A stretch of 32,000 nucleotides of DNA from Candidatus Hadarchaeota archaeon. Lineage in GTDB: Archaea; Hadarchaeota; Hadarchaeia; Hadarchaeales; Hadarchaeaceae. The notes below the pieces were generated by a model. It ran no database searches and was not told the origin of the DNA. It worked only from the letters and a program-made list of their open reading frames with translations. Where the stretch lies: the NCBI GenBank assembly GCA_964514965.1, contig CAZETV010000001.1:360001-392000 (forward strand), given 5' to 3'. Positions 26,865 through 32,000 of the stretch are shown in pieces. Position 1 is the stretch's first letter. Each line of letters starts with the position of its first letter. A program made the translations under genes and the position numbers.

Positions 26865-27115
26865 TACTTGCTGAGCACGGACGGTGGATAGCCAGCCTTC
26901 GGGACGACGCGCGGATGCTTGAGCAACGCCTCAGAGGTCTAGAGCGAAGGGTGGCGACGCTTGAGGCAAACCTCACGGAGCTGACGAAGCTTTACGGCAA
27001 GCTCGACCTATCACAGGCCCAGCTCGGAGATGAAATTGCTCGGCTGGCTTCTAGAGTCGATGTCTTGATTGGAAAACTTCACAGGAGTGTAAAGTCCGGG
27101 AGGCGGAAGGGATGA
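26837..27115 (+). CDS. Coiled-coil small protein of the secretion-like operon
   Basis: 92 aa with heptad-like hydrophobics: DARMLEQRLRGLERRVATLEANLTELTKLYGKLDLSQAQLGDEIARLASRVDVLIGKL. Its stop overlaps the ATPase start (ATGA). Confidence 0.6.
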   Translation: MFGEKDGKVVLAEHGRWIASLRDDARMLEQRLRGLERRVATLEANLTELTKLYGKLDLSQAQLGDEIARLASRVDVLIGKLHRSVKSGRRKG

Positions 27116-29307
27116 ACTGCAAGCCAGCGATAGTCAGGCTGGGGGATGAACGGGTATTGAGGTTCAAGTGCGAGGGCTGCAAGCACGGCGCCTCAATCGA
27201 GGAATCAGAAGCCTGCATGCGCGAGGTCGTGCGTGCGCTCGCCGAGTATCCAGAGGTTAGTGCTGTACTTCTCTCAGACATCTACGAGCGCGAATACAAA
27301 GGCCCTAGCTTGGCTGAACTTGAAGAGATAGCAAAAATATTCAAGGCGTGCAAAAGCTGGCCATTCGCCCACCTCGCGCCGACCGATTGCAAACGTTGCG
27401 AGTCCGAGCGCAGGCAACAGCTCAAAGACGTACTCGATGTGATGCCGGGAGACCCTGCACGAGCGCGAGAAGAACTTGAGGTCATCGTTCGAGAATTGCG
27501 GGCGAGGTCCAAGCAGGGAGCAGAAAAGTGCAAGCGATGCAGAACGCTCTTCATCGAGCGCGCTTTAGCTCCAATGTTGTCACCACTGAAATGCGCGAAG
27601 CTAGCAAGCACCGGGCGGAAAAATCGCGAGGGATACGCTAAAATCCTACGAGCGCTCATCCGCCCGTGTTTCATGAGCTCCCGCCTCGTACTTGAACCAC
27701 CAACGGGAGCCGAGTTAGTCGACGCCTATCGGGTTGGAAATAGTGAGGTTCGAATTTACCGATTAGAAGGTACGCTTCAGCACCTCTACTTCCTAATTCT
27801 TCCCGAGCATAGACTCCCCCACAAACAGGTGCTGCTCTTGCGCCGGGCACGCCAAGTTCTTCTGGAGCAACGACCTGAGTTCGAACTCAACCCGCTTCGA
27901 GCGCGAGAGCAGCTCACGCACCTCGGTGGGAACCTCATGACCAAACTGGTGATTGATGAAAAACTGGATGTCACTAGGGAGGAGGTGGAGGAGCTAGCCC
28001 AACACCTAGCCAGATTTACTGCGGGCCTAGGAGTGCTCGAAGTTCTGCTAGCAGACGCCCGAGTACAGGATGTCTATATCGATGCACCAGTTGGGCGAAC
28101 GTCAATCCACATCTATCATCGAGATTTTGAGGAATGTCTCACGAACATCCACCTTGCGCCTGACGATGCTGAGTCGTTAATCTCTCGTTTCCGCGCCATC
28201 AGCGGAAGGCCGTTCTCTGAGGCCGACCCGGTGCTCGATCTGAATCTCGAGGGCGTGAGGATAGCGGCGATCGGGCATCCTCTGAGCCCGGAAGGGTTGG
28301 CGTTTGCGCTGCGCAGGCATAAGCCGACCCCATGGACTTTGTCCCAGTTCATCAAGGCAAAATTCCTGACTCCCTATGCTGCCGGCTTGCTCAGCCTGAT
28401 GGTCGACGCCCAGACATCATTGCTAGTGACGGGCAGCAGGGGGTCGGGTAAGACTTCCTTGCTCGGCGCCCTTATGCTTGAGCTCCTGCCGAAGTCTCGC
28501 GTTATCGTACTAGAGGATACTTCCGAGCTTCCCATCGAGCAACTCCGAATTCTAGGGTTCAAAATCCAATCGCTCCGCGTGCAGTCGGCCGTTTCGGGCA
28601 CTTCTGCTGAACTTCGAGCTGAGGACGCGCTTCGGGCTGCTCTTCGCTTGGGTGAGTCGATACTTGTGGTAGGTGAGGTCCGAGGCGAAGAGGCTCGCGT
28701 TCTCTACGAGGCGATGCGGGTAGGGGCTGCGGGCAACTCGGTCATGGGCACAATCCACGGCGCCACGACGCGAGATGTCTTCGAGCGCGTGGTCTATGAT
28801 TTGAACATCCCAGCCAGCTCCTTCAAAGCTACGGACGTTATCATCGCGGCAGCGCCCATTCGACCGCGAGGCAGCGTTGCTCGGATGCGCAGGGTAGTAC
28901 AGGTAACCGAGGTCCGCAAGGGCTGGCGAGAAGATCCAATGAGCGAGGAGGGCTTCGAAGATTTGATGAAATACAATCCAGCAGAGGACGAGCTCGAACC
29001 GACGCGAGCGCTCACTGAACTAAAGTCGCAACTAATCAAGGACATCGCCAGAAAGTGGGGCACTAAGCCGAGGGAGGTCTTGAGGAATCTCGAGCTTCGG
29101 GCGGAAGTCCAAGGAGCGCTTGTCGAAGCGGCTAATAGACTCAAAAAACCCGAGTTGCTTGAAGCTGAATTCTCGATGCGCTCGAACCTCGTGCTCCATA
29201 CTTTGCTAGAAAAACAATTGCGAAATAGACAGATTAATTATCGCTCAATTTTTGAATGCTGGCGCTCTTGGCTTCGGGATTCGGCTAGGAAATACACAAG
29301 GGTGTGA
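27112..29307 (+). CDS. Type II/IV secretion (archaeal pilus-type, TadA/GspE/VirB11-like) ATPase with Cys-rich N-terminal region
   Basis: 731 aa. Walker A SLLVTGSRGSGKTSLLGALMLELL, Asp box VIVLEDTSELPI, Walker B/His region LGESILVVGEVRGEEARVLYEAMRVGAAGNSVMGTIHGATTRDVFERVV. Confidence 0.93.
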   Translation: MNCKPAIVRLGDERVLRFKCEGCKHGASIEESEACMREVVRALAEYPEVSAVLLSDIYEREYKGPSLAELEEIAKIFKACKSWPFAHLAPTDCKRCESERRQQLKDVLDVMPGDPARAREELEVIVRELRARSKQGAEKCKRCRTLFIERALAPMLSPLKCAKLASTGRKNREGYAKILRALIRPCFMSSRLVLEPPTGAELVDAYRVGNSEVRIYRLEGTLQHLYFLILPEHRLPHKQVLLLRRARQVLLEQRPEFELNPLRAREQLTHLGGNLMTKLVIDEKLDVTREEVEELAQHLARFTAGLGVLEVLLADARVQDVYIDAPVGRTSIHIYHRDFEECLTNIHLAPDDAESLISRFRAISGRPFSEADPVLDLNLEGVRIAAIGHPLSPEGLAFALRRHKPTPWTLSQFIKAKFLTPYAAGLLSLMVDAQTSLLVTGSRGSGKTSLLGALMLELLPKSRVIVLEDTSELPIEQLRILGFKIQSLRVQSAVSGTSAELRAEDALRAALRLGESILVVGEVRGEEARVLYEAMRVGAAGNSVMGTIHGATTRDVFERVVYDLNIPASSFKATDVIIAAAPIRPRGSVARMRRVVQVTEVRKGWREDPMSEEGFEDLMKYNPAEDELEPTRALTELKSQLIKDIARKWGTKPREVLRNLELRAEVQGALVEAANRLKKPELLEAEFSMRSNLVLHTLLEKQLRNRQINYRSIFECWRSWLRDSARKYTRV

Positions 29308-31083
29308 TTGAGCTTGCTCGAAAAGTTTTACACGGAGGCTTGCCATTTAGCAGGTAAATTAAGATGGTTCAGGCTGGAGCAGCAAGCAAACGACGAGTTA
29401 CGTGAAAATTTGGAATCCGCTGCGTTGGGGGTTCGGGCCGAGGAGGTCGTTGCACTGGCTTTACTCGCTAGTTTTCTTTGCGCGGTATTTGTAGCAGGAA
29501 CAGTAATCCTGTTTACAACGGCTGAATCCCCGCTAACAGCTCTCCCGATTGCACCGATGCCTTTGATAGCTTACGTGCTCGTTGGATGGTACCCAAAATG
29601 GCGCGCTGAGCAACAACGAATTCACGGCCTAGGAGAGGTTCCGCTGTTGATTAATTACATCACGATGTCAATGAAAGTCGTCCCAAACTTAGAGCGAGCC
29701 ACGGCCTTCGCTGCCGAAAACGTGGATGGTCTCCTTGGAATGGACCTTAAGGATGCTCTGCGTCGCACATACCTACGCGCCCATGCCGGGGTCGGGGAGG
29801 CTCTGACGGGATTCGCGAAGCACTGGGGAGAATGCTGTAAAGAACTCAATCGCTCAATCTATTTGCTTCGAAGCTCTGTGTCGGAAAGGACCGAAGTCGC
29901 CCGCTTGCGGACACTAGACCGCGCCCTTGAGCTGAGTCTTCGCGGCACGCGCGACCGGATGATAAACTTCGCGGCAGGGCTCCACCTCCCAACGCTCCTT
30001 ATCTACAGCGTAGGCGTGCTCTTGCCCTTAGTGTTGGTGGCCATCTTGCCAGTGCTCTCGGTTATCGATATCAGCATCAATGCCATCCAAGTCTTCTCAA
30101 TCTATTGCATCGCTCTCCCGCTTGGAGTATACGTGCTCAGCCGTTGGACGTTGGCGAAGCGTCCAGCCACATTCTCACCACCTAAGGTGTCGATTGAAAC
30201 GAGCCGAACCCGCGCCCTTATGCTTGCGGGACCACTTACGGCCGCACTAATGGTAATCGGACTCTTCTCACCTGTCGCAGACGATTTTCGCGCTATTTTG
30301 CTCCTTTGGGCCCTAACGCTTGGCATCACCACATACTTCCATTTGACCACAGCGCGGGCTTTCGAGAGACGTGGTCGCATCGAACAGATAGAGGGAGAGT
30401 TCTGCGACTCACTCGTTCAACTGGGCAACCGGATAAGCGAAGGGCGCCCGGCCGAGGATGCACTCAAACATGTCGCGGACACCATGCAAGGGAGCGAGCT
30501 TGCAGGTGTTTTCGCCCAAGCATCAACTAACATCCGACTGGGGAGCATGGGGCTTCGAGCCTCACTCTTCGACCCAGAGCGTGGGGCGCTCCAAGAAATC
30601 CCCTCGCGAACAATCCAAAGCGTACTCTGCCTGCTTGTAGAAGTTATTGAGCGAAACACTCGAGCGGCTGGAGCTGCGATCCTGAGAACGGCTGATCATC
30701 TCAATGAGCTGAAGCAGGTGAAGCTCGACATCCGACGCTCACTTGGGGAGGTCGTGACATCAATGCGTTCGGTCGCTCTCTTCTTTGCACCATTCATCGC
30801 CGCTATAGCCGCGCGTATGCAGAGTTTCCTCGCTTCGAAGACAGCCCCCGTTAGTCTCTGGGGCCCGGGAACCGGTGTCTCGTCGTCAACCTTCCTGTTC
30901 GTGCTCGGGTTCTATGTTGTGTTGCTAACCGCGACCCTGATGAGCTACGCGATCGAGATCGAAACCGGAGATGACCCAGTATCAAAGCGCGTGGCGCTCG
31001 CACGGGCCTTACCCATCGCACTTGGGGTTTTCACCTTGGGTTCGATCGTCGGGAAATACATGCTCACCGCAATCATCGGCTGA
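29308..31083 (+). CDS. Archaeal T2SS F-type (TadB/TadC-like) membrane platform protein, duplicated module
   Basis: 591 aa, TTG start directly after the ATPase stop. Two cytoplasmic helical modules, each followed by TM segments (VPLLINYITMSMKVVPNLERATAFAAENVDGLLG; EGEFCDSLVQLGNRISEGRPAEDALKHVADTM). Confidence 0.85.
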   Translation: MSLLEKFYTEACHLAGKLRWFRLEQQANDELRENLESAALGVRAEEVVALALLASFLCAVFVAGTVILFTTAESPLTALPIAPMPLIAYVLVGWYPKWRAEQQRIHGLGEVPLLINYITMSMKVVPNLERATAFAAENVDGLLGMDLKDALRRTYLRAHAGVGEALTGFAKHWGECCKELNRSIYLLRSSVSERTEVARLRTLDRALELSLRGTRDRMINFAAGLHLPTLLIYSVGVLLPLVLVAILPVLSVIDISINAIQVFSIYCIALPLGVYVLSRWTLAKRPATFSPPKVSIETSRTRALMLAGPLTAALMVIGLFSPVADDFRAILLLWALTLGITTYFHLTTARAFERRGRIEQIEGEFCDSLVQLGNRISEGRPAEDALKHVADTMQGSELAGVFAQASTNIRLGSMGLRASLFDPERGALQEIPSRTIQSVLCLLVEVIERNTRAAGAAILRTADHLNELKQVKLDIRRSLGEVVTSMRSVALFFAPFIAAIAARMQSFLASKTAPVSLWGPGTGVSSSTFLFVLGFYVVLLTATLMSYAIEIETGDDPVSKRVALARALPIALGVFTLGSIVGKYMLTAIIG

Positions 31084-31440
31084 GCAAACGTTTAATTAAA
31101 TCACAGAAATTACCCCAAAATACACTTCTAAATCCATTATGTTAGTCATATTTGATGCCTATTACCTTAATATATAGATTATAGATGAAAAATTTTTGGC
31201 CAATACTCTACTTAAATTTTTAAAATGCTAAAAAATGAAAAAAATTAAATTTAAAAATATTAAAAAAATTTTTGGTGCGATATTAGTCAAAAAAAAAAAA
31301 AAAATAATTAAAAATAGAAAATTAACATTATTTTACCTTTAATCCTTTCTCCATCTTTATTATTTTAATAAAAATTAGTCCCAACTTTTTTAGACCAAAA
31401 ATTTATATCTAAGTAAAAATCGATTAAATTTGAGGAATTT
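31084..31440. other. Extremely AT-rich intergenic region with A16 tract
   Basis: No credible ORF; long A/T runs, including 16 consecutive A at 31289..31304. Confidence 0.7.
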
Positions 31441-31442
31441 AA

Positions 31443-31871
31443 ATGGATGGAAAAGACTACAAAATAATTGAAGCTCTCCAAGAAGGTGCTAGAACACCTC
31501 TGCGGAAGATATCTAAGCGGGTGCATATGAGCGAGTCTGCGGTCCGGAAGCGAGTGAAACGGCTAGAGCACGCTGGAGTGATCGAGGGGTACACCGCCGT
31601 TGTCAATCCATCAAAGCTGGGATACAACACTATGGCTTTTGTCGACTTGGATGTTATACCGGACAAACACCGAGAGGTCATAGACGGGCTAATGAAGTTA
31701 AGGGAAGTAAGAAAGGTATTAACTTCGACTGGCGAGTATGGGGTAATGAGCATGGTCTGGGCACGTGACAACAGTGAACTGAATAATATTCTCCAAAAAA
31801 TTGGTGGAATTGAGGGTGTCAAAAAGACCAGCACAGTAATAATCCTTGAACGAATAAAAGACATGTGCTAA
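31443..31871 (+). CDS. Lrp/AsnC family transcriptional regulator
   Basis: MDGKDYKIIEALQEGARTPLRKISKRVHMSESAVRKRVKRLEHAGVIEGYTAVVNPSKLGY HTH, followed by a RAM-like domain (AFVDLDVIPDKHREVIDGLMKLREVRKVLTSTGEYGVMSMVWARDNSELNNIL). Confidence 0.95.
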   Translation: MDGKDYKIIEALQEGARTPLRKISKRVHMSESAVRKRVKRLEHAGVIEGYTAVVNPSKLGYNTMAFVDLDVIPDKHREVIDGLMKLREVRKVLTSTGEYGVMSMVWARDNSELNNILQKIGGIEGVKKTSTVIILERIKDMC

Positions 31872-32000
31872 TCGAGGTAGTGCTCAACCAAGTAGATAAA
31901 ACAAATCTATCACTCATAGCAGCAAAAATAAGAGGGTAAACCGTCATCGCAGCGGGGAAGCACACTTGCCGATTAGATTCCCTAGTTAGTAGAACTAGTG

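Noticed and set aside
26504-26976. Overlapping minus-strand ORFs antisense to the secretion-like operon
   Set aside because: Ser/Arg-rich shadow ORFs opposite coupled plus-strand genes, with no independent support.
1-32000. Integrated virus or transposon within the window
   Set aside because: No integrase, transposase, att-like duplication, tRNA target or phage structural genes seen; gene content is dominated by conserved archaeal housekeeping functions.

Overview
This 32 kb window is chromosomal archaeal DNA: 20S proteasome beta-type subunit, archaeal CCA-adding enzyme, pyruvoyl-dependent arginine decarboxylase, Dph6, ThpR, MthK-like RCK channel, and archaeal TATA-like promoters. The lineage cannot be fixed from sequence alone. 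Most genes are recognisable housekeeping or metabolic genes on both strands. I see no CRISPR array, no confident tRNA or rRNA, and no transposase. The items most worth a second look are: (1) a K+-channel-like gene (13804..14814) whose pore and RCK domains lie in one frame but are separated by a single TGA, with a degenerate selectivity filter; (2) a secreted or membrane-anchored transglutaminase split by a 1-nt shift at a G5/C5 run (6202..6206); (3) a proteasome beta homologue with no Thr at the catalytic position 1; (4) a YjeF_N + DUF523/TudS-like fusion; (5) a tightly overlapping five-gene operon (26009..31083) encoding a secretion/pilus-type ATPase with a Cys-rich N-terminus, a duplicated membrane platform protein and three small unknown proteins; (6) a GC-rich, hairpin-rich non-coding island (about 11480..11740); (7) matching DtxR-type palindromes in front of two DtxR-family regulators, one of them followed by an undescribed multi-TM protein. 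The window also starts inside a type I R-M methyltransferase gene on the minus strand that the ORF track missed because it runs off the edge.
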